A stretch of 64,000 nucleotides of DNA from the NCBI GenBank assembly GCA_004297215.1, contig SCUM01000001.1, forward strand, positions 353,181 to 417,180, in the 5' to 3' direction. The notes under the pieces were generated by a model, which saw only the letters and a list, made by a program, of their open reading frames with translations, did not search any database and was not told where the DNA came from. Position numbers and translations under genes: made by a program. Position 1 is the stretch's first letter, and the number at the start of each line of letters is the position of its first letter. Positions 25,521 to 33,723 of the stretch are shown here, in pieces. Source of the DNA: Patescibacteria group bacterium. Lineage in GTDB: Bacteria > Patescibacteriota > Patescibacteriia > UBA9934 > GWF2-40-263.

Positions 25521-26918
25521 TTATCGGCAGTTTTCTTGTAACCATTCCTTCAGCTTCCACGTCGCGCGTACGTCATCCTCGTTGTAGTCCAGGATCTTCT
25601 GCTTGAGCGCGTCGTCCTTGGTGCCCAGCCATTTCTCGAACCAGATCACGGAGTTGGCTCCCGAGGCGTCTTCCGCGCGCCAGGTGAAGCCGAGATAACT
25701 CGCGATGTCCTTCAGGCTGTAGAAGGTGAGCGGGAAGATCACCGCGGGGCGCAGCGCCATGTTGACGTCGATGAGGTTGCGTTCCATGGCCTCGCGCGCG
25801 ATGGCGCTCGTGCCGTAGCGCGCCGCGAACCGGCGGAGCACGTCGGCCTCGAACGTGCCGTAATGGTACACCGGCGTGTCGAACTCGCTCTCGAGGAACC
25901 CGGTGAAGTCGCGCCACATGCGCTCCTGGTCCTCCGGGCTCGACGCGAAGAAGGACCGGTATTCGCTCTGGTTCCCATCGACGACGAGGACGCCGAACAG
26001 GTAGTCGAGGTCGCGCAGCGGGTCGCTCTCGATATCGAAGTACACGGCGCGCTTCCCGACCGGGAAATCCACCATGCCCGTGATGAGATGCGTCCCCTTC
26101 TTGAGCGCCACGGCCTGGTCGCGCATGCGCTCGATGCGCTCGTGCCGCACGCCAGGCGCGCGATGCGACAAGGTCTCGACGGACGAGGCGGCCAGCTCGT
26201 CGATCGTCTTCACGCCGGCCGCGGAAAGCGCCGCCACCTCTTCCCGCCACACGCGATTCAAGAGCGACAGGTCGTTGCAAGATTCCGAGATCCCCTTGCA
26301 CTTCGGAAACCACGGCGACTGCTTGCACCCGCTCGTCACGAAGTGCGCCGGCTTCTCCCCGGAGACGATGCGCTCGATCTCGTCGAGGGTCAGCGCGTAC
26401 TCGCCCTCGAACGCGCCGATGTCGTATGGCAGCACCGTCTTGTCGGGCGTGATGACGTACCCGCGCTGCGGCTTCACCCCTTGGACGCGTTCGAGCAGCT
26501 CCGCGTAGAAGCAGCCCTGGAACGCGAAATCGTCGCGCATCTCCCGCGCGCCCTTGAAATCCGCCGCCACGTAATACCAGTCGCCCAGGCGCGAACGCCC
26601 TTCCACTTTTTCGAGCACGTCGGGGGTGCCGATCCAATGCTTATCGATGAGCACGGCGCGATAGATGGTGGCTCTTCCCTCCTTCATGAACGCCAGGGTC
26701 TGCATGAATCCGTCCTCGGGATCCTCGTACATGACCTCGGCCACGTCCGGACGGCCCTCAAGCAGTTCACGCTGCTTCTCATGGATGAGCCCCTGGGTGG
26801 TGAGCAGTTCGAGGAGCGGCTCATGCGGCGCCAGCTCGTCCGCATGCGCGTTGAAATACACCCAATTGGGGCATTTGAGGTACTGGTAGAACGACTTCTC
26901 CGTGATGAGGCGGGGCAT
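25521..26918 (-). CDS. TM0106-type RecB-family nuclease (Cas4-like PD-(D/E)XK/Fe-S domain fused to an RNase-H-like domain)
   Basis: An N-terminal Cys (YLKCPNW), then ...VAADFKGA... and a C-x5-C-x5-C cluster (GCKQSPWFPKCKGISESC), the four-Cys Cas4/AddB-type Fe-S pattern. The C-terminal half (YFDIESDP...) is RNase-H-like. Confidence 0.65.
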   Translation of the reverse strand: MPRLITEKSFYQYLKCPNWVYFNAHADELAPHEPLLELLTTQGLIHEKQRELLEGRPDVAEVMYEDPEDGFMQTLAFMKEGRATIYRAVLIDKHWIGTPDVLEKVEGRSRLGDWYYVAADFKGAREMRDDFAFQGCFYAELLERVQGVKPQRGYVITPDKTVLPYDIGAFEGEYALTLDEIERIVSGEKPAHFVTSGCKQSPWFPKCKGISESCNDLSLLNRVWREEVAALSAAGVKTIDELAASSVETLSHRAPGVRHERIERMRDQAVALKKGTHLITGMVDFPVGKRAVYFDIESDPLRDLDYLFGVLVVDGNQSEYRSFFASSPEDQERMWRDFTGFLESEFDTPVYHYGTFEADVLRRFAARYGTSAIAREAMERNLIDVNMALRPAVIFPLTFYSLKDIASYLGFTWRAEDASGANSVIWFEKWLGTKDDALKQKILDYNEDDVRATWKLKEWLQENCR

Positions 26919-26930
26919 GGACGGATTATA

Positions 26931-28034
26931 TCATTCCTCGAGGTAATCGGCGGGTTCATACACGTTCCGCGCGTTCCAGATCATCCAACCAGACGCGCCG
27001 GCGTCGCGGGCGGCCTTGATCTGCGCTTCGATGCGCGCCGCGGTGTAGGTGGCGCCGATGTCGAAGTCCTGGATCCATGGACGCAACTTTCGCGCATACG
27101 CCTCGGGCGGGATGCCGAGCGCTTCGAGCATCGCCTTGCCAGAGTCGAACGAATGCTTGGGAACCTCGTACGGGTAGAGCGCCGGATTCTTGTATCCCTG
27201 GAATCCGACGGCGTAGTGCGACGGGTAGGTCATGGGCGAGACGAAATCGACGTACGGGAACGCGTCCACCAGCCGCTGGCCGATGTTGAAATCGTCGACG
27301 CTCTCGAAGGTCATCCCGAACAGGTCGAACGACACGGGAATTCCATCGGTTTTCAATCCTTCCCCGAGCGTCTTGAAGAATCCCTGCATCACCTCCACCT
27401 TGGTCTGTTTCCCGTCGTACACCGGATAACGGATGGCCGAGAGCGCGCCGTCGGAGGCGAAGCGCACGTAGTCGTACTGGATCTCGTCGAACCCGCGCGC
27501 GTACGCCTCGCGAGCGAGCGCGAGCGCATACGTCGCGACGCCCGGATCGGCCGGGTCCACCCAGGCCGCGCCGGTGTTGTCGCGCCAGAGGGAGCCGCGC
27601 GGATAGCGGAACGCGACCTCGGGATGAGCCGCGGCATACGCGCTATCGCGCATCACGGCCACGCGCGCGATGCGGTAGATGCCGGCGTCTTTCAGCCGAC
27701 CGAGAAGCGCCTCAAGGTCGGGGATGGCCGGCTCTTCCTGCGCGTACGGCGCAAGCGACAGGTCAAGCGGCGCGAAGGCGAGCTCCCCGTCGTCCATCTT
27801 GAGGTCGATGACCACGGCGTTGATCCCGCTTCCCTTCATGTATCCGAGCAGCTCGTCGGCGCGCTTCGTGCCCGCGGTCTGGGCGGTCCAATACAACCCG
27901 CGCACTTCATCGGGAATCGGGACGTGGATGGAAGGCGGCGCCGCGTCGGCCACGGTGGGCGGGGGCTCCGGGACGCGGATGCATCCGGCGCCGGCAAGCG
28001 CCAGGGCGGCGGAAAGCAAAAGGAGGCGTTTCAT
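26931..28034 (-). CDS. Lipoprotein with a DUF4015/GHL-type putative glycoside hydrolase TIM-barrel domain
   Basis: Lipobox MKRLLLLSAALALAGAGC, then ...GINAVVIDLKMDDGELAF...GFDEIQYDYVRF..., typical of GH-like DUF4015 proteins. The start was trimmed to the ATG at 28032-28034. Confidence 0.6.
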   Translation of the reverse strand: MKRLLLLSAALALAGAGCIRVPEPPPTVADAAPPSIHVPIPDEVRGLYWTAQTAGTKRADELLGYMKGSGINAVVIDLKMDDGELAFAPLDLSLAPYAQEEPAIPDLEALLGRLKDAGIYRIARVAVMRDSAYAAAHPEVAFRYPRGSLWRDNTGAAWVDPADPGVATYALALAREAYARGFDEIQYDYVRFASDGALSAIRYPVYDGKQTKVEVMQGFFKTLGEGLKTDGIPVSFDLFGMTFESVDDFNIGQRLVDAFPYVDFVSPMTYPSHYAVGFQGYKNPALYPYEVPKHSFDSGKAMLEALGIPPEAYARKLRPWIQDFDIGATYTAARIEAQIKAARDAGASGWMIWNARNVYEPADYLEE

Positions 28035-28054
28035 GTGTCTGCAGCATAGCGGGA

Positions 28055-28197
28055 AAGGACCAAGGCCGGAAGAACCAAGGACCAAAGGAAACGAAAAAGG
28101 ACGAAAAAAAGAAAGATGAAGGTTTAAGCCTTCATCTTTCAGCCTTGAGTCCTTTCACGTGTCCTTTGGTCCTTTAAAAACCTTGATTCCTTGGTCC
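28055..28197. repeat. Word-palindrome hairpin of the ggaccaaagg/ttgaag family (R9)
   Basis: gaaccaaggaccaaaggaaacgaaaaaggacg...aaagatgaaggtttaagccttcatcttt...cacgtgtcctttggtcctttaaaaaccttgattccttggtcc, nested palindromes. Confidence 0.75.
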
Positions 28198-28875
28198 TTA
28201 CTTCTTGTCTTCCACCGTTACCTTCACCATCTTGTCGCCCACCTTGATCTTGTCCACCACGTCCATGCCGGAAAGGACCTTGCCGAAGATGGTGTAGTTC
28301 TTGGGGAGCGGGTAATCCGCGAGCATGATGAAGAATTGGGAGCCGTTGGTATTCGTGCCGGAGTTGGCCATGGCCACGATCCCGCGATCGTACCGGAAGT
28401 CGTCCTTGAGCTCATCCGCGAACCGGTAGCCGGGGCCGCCCGTGCCGATGCGCGGGTCGCCCGGCGGAAGCGTGCGCGAGTACGGGTCGCCGCCTTGGAT
28501 TACGAACCCTTCCACGCGGCGGTGGAACGTGACCCCGTCGTAAAAGCCGAGGCCGGCGAGATACGCCATGTTTGAGACGGCGAGCGGCGCGGACTTGGGG
28601 TACAGCTCGAACGTGATGTCGCCCTTTTCCGTGTGGATGCGGACGACCTTTCCGGTGATCTCGGCGTCCGGCAGCACGCCGGGAGCCGTAAGGGTGGCTG
28701 GTTGTTCGGTCACAACGGGGGTTGGTTCGGGTTGGGTCGGGACGGAGGCCGGAGGGAGGGTGATCTCGACGGCATCGCTCCCGGAGAGCCCGGCGGGCGA
28801 TCCCACTGGCGCACATCCTGCCCCGAGGAGCAGCAATCCGGCAAGGCCAAGGGAGAGACGACGGGACGACGTCAT
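28198..28875 (-). CDS. Cyclophilin-type peptidyl-prolyl cis-trans isomerase, lipoprotein
   Basis: Lipobox LLLGAGC, then ...VRIHTEKGDITFELYPKSAPLAVSNMAYLAGLGFYDGVTFHRRVEGFVIQGGDP...SGTNTNGSQFFIM. Confidence 0.9.
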   Translation of the reverse strand: MTSSRRLSLGLAGLLLLGAGCAPVGSPAGLSGSDAVEITLPPASVPTQPEPTPVVTEQPATLTAPGVLPDAEITGKVVRIHTEKGDITFELYPKSAPLAVSNMAYLAGLGFYDGVTFHRRVEGFVIQGGDPYSRTLPPGDPRIGTGGPGYRFADELKDDFRYDRGIVAMANSGTNTNGSQFFIMLADYPLPKNYTIFGKVLSGMDVVDKIKVGDKMVKVTVEDKK

Positions 28876-28876
28876 A

Positions 28877-29188
28877 CTAGCGGGCCGAAACGGCCTGACC
28901 GTTGAAGGCGTTCACCTGGCTCGAGAGCGACGCGATGTCCATGCTCGAGACCAACACGGCTCCCGAGAGCACGAGCATGACCGCGGCCATGGCAAGGAAC
29001 AGGCGGTTGGGGCCCAGCGGGAGATGGTGGCAGTCGCTGCAACCATAGGCTAGCTGCGGACCCGGCGGCGGTTCGATCGTAGGTTCGTCGGGGCCCTGCA
29101 GGAGCGACATGGGCCCGCCTTCGTCAAGGCTGCGGCGGGCATGCGTGCGGCGGCGCGCGCTGGTCGTGCTGATTCTTCGGGTGGCCAT
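28877..29188 (-). CDS. Small membrane protein (hypothetical)
   Basis: 103 aa ending ...NRLFLAMAAVMLVLSGAVLVSSMDIASL... with the ATG at 29186-29188. The listed 419-aa ORF in this frame is otherwise Arg-rich junk, so only the distal part is called. Confidence 0.35.
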   Translation of the reverse strand: MATRRISTTSARRRTHARRSLDEGGPMSLLQGPDEPTIEPPPGPQLAYGCSDCHHLPLGPNRLFLAMAAVMLVLSGAVLVSSMDIASLSSQVNAFNGQAVSAR

Positions 29189-29247
29189 AGGGATGTGGTG
29201 GGGTGATGTGATTGTGGAAAAGTATAGCACATCCGCCTGACGCGATG

Positions 29248-29973
29248 CTACGGCGAAGGCGCGAGCGGGGCGTCGGGAGGACATCCGGTCCCTCCCTGGA
29301 ACCGCACCGCCACGCGCGTGATCCCGGTCGGCTCGGCGACCTCCTTCGTGGCGACGATCTCGCGTCCGCGAACGAACGCGCCACCACACCCGCCACGCGA
29401 GAGCGGCTCCGCGACCAGGAAAAAGTCCTCGCTGCCCGGCTCCGCGACCGCGGAAAACGCCTCGTACCCGACGGTGCCGGAAGGCGGGAACGAAAGGAGG
29501 GCGTCGAGGAGCGCGGGCGAGACCGTCGAAGCGGGGCCTGGATCGGCCGGGGCCGCGGTCCAGTCCGACAGGCCGGCGGCCGCGTCCGCCATGAGACGTC
29601 CGTCGGCGCGGTCGTCCTGCGACGCGGCGCGACGCCACGCCCCCGCGGCCGGATCGTACCCCCACAAGGCGAGGGCGGCTCCGGGGAACCGCTTCGCGGC
29701 CCAGTCCGGGTCGTACGCCAACGCGACCTCGTATGGACGCATGGGCGCCGCCTCGTCGACCGTCACCCGATACGCGGGCGCGACGCCGGCGCTTGCGACG
29801 CGATCGGAGATTCGCTCCACGCGGATGGAGGAGAACGGACCCGCGGCCGTAAAGCGCCCGTCGTCGGAGCGGCCTTTGGCGCGATCGGGATCGGGCAAGG
29901 CGAACAGGGCCGTAGAGCCGAGGACGACGGCAAAGGCGAGGATGAGAGCGTGGACGGGCAGGCGGTCGTTCAT
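29248..29973 (-). CDS. Secreted hypothetical protein
   Basis: MNDRLPVHALILAFAVVLGSTALFALP is a signal peptide. It makes an ATGA overlap with the upstream small ORF. Confidence 0.4.
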   Translation of the reverse strand: MNDRLPVHALILAFAVVLGSTALFALPDPDRAKGRSDDGRFTAAGPFSSIRVERISDRVASAGVAPAYRVTVDEAAPMRPYEVALAYDPDWAAKRFPGAALALWGYDPAAGAWRRAASQDDRADGRLMADAAAGLSDWTAAPADPGPASTVSPALLDALLSFPPSGTVGYEAFSAVAEPGSEDFFLVAEPLSRGGCGGAFVRGREIVATKEVAEPTGITRVAVRFQGGTGCPPDAPLAPSP

Positions 29974-30209
29974 GAAACGCGTTTCCTCGCCTTGTGCGCG
30001 CGCACGCGCTCGCCGGCCTTCGCGTGCGAGTCGCGGCAGGGCGGATCGACGTCGCACCGCGCGAGCGCGATGGCGTCCTGCTGCTCCCCGATGCGGTCCT
30101 CATAGGCCAGCTCCTCGTCGTGCTTTTGCTCGGCATCCTGCGCGAACACCGCCACCGCGGCGCCGGCGAGCGTGAGGAGCATGGCGATCACGAGCCAGGT
30201 GAAAATCAT
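29970..30209 (-). CDS. Small secreted protein (hypothetical)
   Basis: MIFTWLVIAMLLTLAGAAVAVFA is a signal peptide. The 79-aa ORF is coupled to the downstream gene. Confidence 0.3.
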   Translation of the reverse strand: MIFTWLVIAMLLTLAGAAVAVFAQDAEQKHDEELAYEDRIGEQQDAIALARCDVDPPCRDSHAKAGERVRAHKARKRVS

Positions 30210-30247
30210 AATGACGCAGGGGGCATTCCTGCGTCATTCTACCATAG

Positions 30248-31303
30248 TCACGCCGCGTTCATGGCGGCGTCTTCCCAGGGCGTGCCCGGGCGTCCGAACG
30301 CGCCATAGACGGACAGGTCGCGGTACATCGGCCTCTCAAGGCTTAGCCTTTCCACGATGGCCTCGGGCCGGAAATCGAATGCCCGTTTCGCCGCGGCCGT
30401 GAGGTCCATCTTCGCGCCTTGGGCCTTTTCCCCGACCCCCCGCACCTCGATCGCAACGGGTTCGGCGCGTCCGAGCGCATAGGCGACCGTGACGGTGGCC
30501 GCATCGCATAGGCCCTGGTCAACGAACGATCGGGCGCACGTGCGGGCGAGATATGCGCCGCACCGGGACGCCTTGTACGGATCCTTTCCGGCCATGGGGG
30601 TATCGAATCCTGGCACCAGGCCGCCGTACGTGTCGGATGCCGCCTTGCGCCCGCTCATCCCCGAGTCGGCCCGGAACCCGTGCGCGGTGAACGGCCCGAT
30701 GGGATTCACGGACATCTGCGGCGGCTCCACGCCGAACACGGGCACGATGAGGCGTTCGATGAGCGCGCCCTGCACGTCACGCGGCGCCATGTTGCGGGCG
30801 TGGGAGGCGAGCACGGTGACACCCGCCACGCGCGCGCCGTCTAGCGTCACCTGCACCTTGCCGTCGGGCCGCAGCCAGGAGAACGCCGGGTCGAGCCGTC
30901 GTAGGTCATCAAGGCGGCGTGACAGCTCGTGCGCGTAGACGACCGCGCGCGGCAGCCGCTCGCGCGTCTCGCGCGTGGCGTACCCGCGCACCACCACCAG
31001 GTCGGACGCGCCGCGCGGCGCCTTGCGCATCTCGTCGGACGGCTTTTCCACGTTCACGAACACTTCGATCTCGTCCGTGTAGCCGATCTCCGCATACGTC
31101 TTCTTCGCAAGCGCGGACAGGTCGAAATCCGCCGCGGAATCCAGTTCCCCGGCCACCATCATCATCCCGTGGGACCCCATCACGCACAGGTCCACTGATG
31201 CCTTCGGATCGCGACGCAAACACTCGTCCACGATGGCCTCGGCCACCTGGTCGCACACCTTGTCCGGATTCCCCGCGCACGCGCTTTCGACCACTTTCAA
31301 CAT
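30248..31303 (-). CDS. metK: S-adenosylmethionine synthetase, divergent short form
   Basis: MLKVVESACAGNPDKVCDQVAEAIVDECL (compare GHPDKIADQISDAVLD), ...GASDLVVVRGYATRETRE..., ...GKDPYKASRCGAYLAR... (compare GKDPSKVDRSAAYAAR). It is 351 aa and has Asn in place of the conserved His of the GHPDK motif. Confidence 0.8.
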   Translation of the reverse strand: MLKVVESACAGNPDKVCDQVAEAIVDECLRRDPKASVDLCVMGSHGMMMVAGELDSAADFDLSALAKKTYAEIGYTDEIEVFVNVEKPSDEMRKAPRGASDLVVVRGYATRETRERLPRAVVYAHELSRRLDDLRRLDPAFSWLRPDGKVQVTLDGARVAGVTVLASHARNMAPRDVQGALIERLIVPVFGVEPPQMSVNPIGPFTAHGFRADSGMSGRKAASDTYGGLVPGFDTPMAGKDPYKASRCGAYLARTCARSFVDQGLCDAATVTVAYALGRAEPVAIEVRGVGEKAQGAKMDLTAAAKRAFDFRPEAIVERLSLERPMYRDLSVYGAFGRPGTPWEDAAMNAA

Positions 31304-31440
31304 ATGGAGTGGGTGAAGGGTAGCCGTCCGAGCGCGGAAATTCAAGGGACGAACAGGGGAAACAATCGGGATAACAAAGAGCGCACCTACGGGGCATTGA
31401 GCAGATGGCTCTTTGCCGCGCGGGTGCGCGAGTCGACGGT

Positions 31441-31815
31441 CTATCGACCGTACTTCGTCTTGAGGTCTTCGAGGACGCGCTGCGTCCCCATCCGCTCGTA
31501 AGCATCGAGCACGTGCGGCGGCGGGGGCTCGACCCCGATGGTGCCCTCGCGGGTGTCCGTGCGGAACCACCCCTTGTGGTAGGTTCCATCCTCGGACTGG
31601 CCACGGAAGCACCAGCTCTGACCCGACCCGTCCTTGATACCGACCTCCGTGATGTGGAGCGTCAGCTTCTTGTTCTCCACCCACCAGTTCGACTTGTCGG
31701 TCGACTTGAGGATGAAGGTGACGGGACGGAGATTGTTCATGCTGCGCTCGAACAGCGCGAGCATGAGGTCGTACTTGCTGGGGCCGCTCTTGATACCGAC
31801 GGTGACAGATGCCAT
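31441..31815 (-). CDS. Hypothetical protein
   Basis: A 124-aa ORF starting MASVTVGIKSGPSKYDL... with lower GC than its neighbours and no motif I recognise. Confidence 0.4.
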   Translation of the reverse strand: MASVTVGIKSGPSKYDLMLALFERSMNNLRPVTFILKSTDKSNWWVENKKLTLHITEVGIKDGSGQSWCFRGQSEDGTYHKGWFRTDTREGTIGVEPPPPHVLDAYERMGTQRVLEDLKTKYGR

Positions 31816-31993
31816 TCGGCACCTCCTGACTTGCTGAATACCTCCTTGGATGGTGTGGAGGCGAGCACCGTTACGCACCCTTGCGGATGCGCCACCTGCC
31901 CATACGGGTAGGAATTGCGTCGTGTTTACGACTGATAAAAATACCACAAAAACGCCCTTTTGTCAATAGTTGGTGGCTAAGGTTGACCTAAAT

Positions 31994-32024
31994 CGAAAAC
32001 CCTCGGCGCGAACCGAGGGTTTTC
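31994..32024. terminator. Bidirectional rho-independent terminator downstream of higA
   Basis: cgaaaaccctcgg cgcgaa ccgagggttttcg, a perfect 9-bp stem flanked by A- and T-runs. Confidence 0.65.
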
Positions 32025-32035
32025 GCATCCCGGGC

Positions 32036-32332
32036 CTAGGCGGTTGCGAACACGGACACGTCCCGCTCGATCCGTTTCGCGACGGCATCCTGCACGCAAT
32101 CAAGGTCATAGTGCATTTGCAGGTTCAGCCAGAACTGCGGGGTGGTGCCGAAATAACGCGCGAGACGCAGGGCGGTGTCGGAAGAAACGGACCGTGTCCC
32201 GTGAATGATCTCGTTAATCCGCCGTGCGGGAACCGCGATGTCCTTTGCAAGCCGGTACTGGGTCAGCTTATGCGGACGCAGGAACTCATGGTCCAAAATC
32301 TCGCCTGGATGAACGGGTTTTTGTTTTGCCAT
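32036..32332 (-). CDS. higA: HigA family antitoxin (XRE-type HTH)
   Basis: MAKQKPVHPGEILDHEFLRPHKLTQYRLAKDIAVPARRINEIIHGTRSVSSDTALRLARYFGTTPQFWLNLQMHYDL is the canonical HigA sequence. Confidence 0.85.
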   Translation of the reverse strand: MAKQKPVHPGEILDHEFLRPHKLTQYRLAKDIAVPARRINEIIHGTRSVSSDTALRLARYFGTTPQFWLNLQMHYDLDCVQDAVAKRIERDVSVFATA

Positions 32333-32333
32333 A

Positions 32334-32615
32334 TCAGTGATAATCGATAATTTCTACGTCATGCGCGTATCCGTCCTGCCACCGAAAGCATATGCGCCAC
32401 TGGTCATTTATCCGGATGCTGTAACGATGCAACCGATCATGAAGGAGTTTCTCAAGACGATTCCCAGGCGGCACGACAAGGTCGGCTAATGCGCGTGCCG
32501 CATGGATCATCCTAAGTTTATAGAGAGCCGTCCGCTGAATGTCCGAAGGGATTTTTCTGGACCATTCTCTCTGGAACAGACGCGCGGTCTCCTTATCGGC
32601 GAAGCTCAGAATCAT
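32334..32615 (-). CDS. higB: HigB toxin (RelE/ParE superfamily plasmid-maintenance killer protein)
   Basis: MILSFADKETARLFQREWSRKIPSDIQRTALYKLRMIHAARALADLVVPPGNRLEKLLHDRLHRYSIRINDQWRICFRWQDGYAHDVEIIDYH. Confidence 0.85.
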   Translation of the reverse strand: MILSFADKETARLFQREWSRKIPSDIQRTALYKLRMIHAARALADLVVPPGNRLEKLLHDRLHRYSIRINDQWRICFRWQDGYAHDVEIIDYH

Positions 32616-32823
32616 AATAACGCGTCACGTTATTAAATGTCAATGGGTTCGTGGAGTACAAAAAAACTCCCCAATGGCCCATTTAAGCCGGAAGGGAGTC
32701 CTCTGTCGTCACCCCGATGACCGGTGGAGGTCTCACGAAGATGAGAAGATTTAATCATGTTTTTTTCGTTTTGTCAAAGGCGAGACAAAGCGCCTAGAGA
32801 TCCTTCAGGCCTGATGGCCTTCA

Positions 32824-32871
32824 GCCTGCCTGCCGGCAGGCAGGGATGCCACCGGCCTCTGCGGCCGGTGG
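32824..32871. other. Two tandem perfect GC-rich hairpins in the higB-lexA divergent spacer
   Basis: cctgcctgcc|ggcaggcagg is a 10-bp stem with no loop. gccaccggcc tctgc ggccggtggc is a 10-bp stem with a 5-nt loop. Confidence 0.6.
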
Positions 32872-32913
32872 CACTTATCCACAGTCCCCTCTTTTTCTGC
32901 CAATCTACGACCC

Positions 32914-32959
32914 TTGTGTTCGGTTTTTGTTCGGTCTACAATACGAACATAAAGCGAAC
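32914..32959 (+). promoter_or_regulatory. lexA promoter with two direct-repeat SOS boxes (GTTC-N7-GTTC and GAAC-N7-GAAC) flanking the -10 element
   Basis: TTGTGT at 32914-32919, a 17-nt spacer, and TACAAT at 32937-32942. Box 1 GTTCggtttttGTTC (32918-32932) lies in the spacer, and box 2 GAACataaagcGAAC (32945-32959) lies just downstream of the -10. Confidence 0.55.
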
Positions 32960-33006
32960 AGGAGATTGCTTCGTCGGCTGAAGCCTCCTCGCAATGACAG
33001 ACTCCT

Positions 33007-33624
33007 ATGCCACCTCTCACGAAAAAACAGGCAGAAATCCTTGCTCACATCCGATCCCATATCGCGGAGCACGGGTACGCTCCAAGCTACCGCGAGATCG
33101 CCGAGAACTTTGGCCTCTCCTCCCCTGCCACGGTGCACCAGCATGTGAAGTCGCTCGCCGAGAAAGGGATGATCGAGGTGGGAGATGAGGGCGAAGCGCG
33201 CTCCATCGAACTCGTCGACACCGGCGAGAGCGCCTTGCTCGCGCTCGAGCTCCCGCTGGTCGGCCTCATCACCGCCGGGTCTCCCATCGAGGCGATAGAA
33301 GAGCGCGAAACCATGGCCGTGCCCGCGCAGTTCGTCCTCGACGGCGCAAACTCGTACGTGCTCAAGGTGAAAGGACGGTCGATGATCGACGACGGCATCC
33401 ACGACGGGGACTTCGTCGTGATCGAACGCAATCCAAGTCCAAGAAACGGCGAGGTCGTCGTCGCCCTCCTCGACAACGCGTATGCGACGCTCAAACGGTT
33501 TTATCGCGAGACCAACCGCATCCGCCTCCAACCCGCGAACAGCACCATGGATCCCATCTACGTCAAAGACTGCATCATCCAAGGCGTCGTGCGCGCCGTG
33601 ATCCGCAAGTTCCAGCCGGCGTAG
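33007..33624 (+). CDS. lexA: LexA repressor
   Basis: MPPLTKKQAEILAHIRSHIAEHGYAPSYREIAENFGLSSPATVHQHVKSLAEKGMIE...VKGRSMIDDGIHDGDFVVIE...RLQPANSTMDPI has the Ser/Lys dyad context intact. Confidence 0.95.
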   Translation: MPPLTKKQAEILAHIRSHIAEHGYAPSYREIAENFGLSSPATVHQHVKSLAEKGMIEVGDEGEARSIELVDTGESALLALELPLVGLITAGSPIEAIEERETMAVPAQFVLDGANSYVLKVKGRSMIDDGIHDGDFVVIERNPSPRNGEVVVALLDNAYATLKRFYRETNRIRLQPANSTMDPIYVKDCIIQGVVRAVIRKFQPA

Positions 33625-33723
33625 CACCTCCGCCCGCCGAAGCCTTGGCGAAGGCGGGTCCCCTTCCCTCACGAATCATTTCATTCCCTAGCCGCTGAGC
33701 CGTTCAGGCTCCGCCCATGCTTT

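Noticed and set aside
28877-30136. A 419-aa minus-strand ORF spanning three small genes
   Set aside because: The upstream two-thirds is Arg/Gly/Pro-rich junk that overlaps better-supported ORFs in other frames. Only the distal 103-aa membrane-protein part (28877-29188) was kept, and that at low confidence.
31304-31440. Possible SAM riboswitch in the metK leader
   Set aside because: I looked for the SAM-I core (CUCUUAUCAAGAG...GGGA...GCAACC) and SAM-II/V features on the minus strand. I did not see them; only a generic hairpin is present. I could not run Rfam.
32757-32981. A 74-aa + ORF running through the GC hairpins upstream of lexA
   Set aside because: It is composed of the translated hairpins and the promoter/SOS-box region, has no coding signature, and overlaps the lexA promoter.
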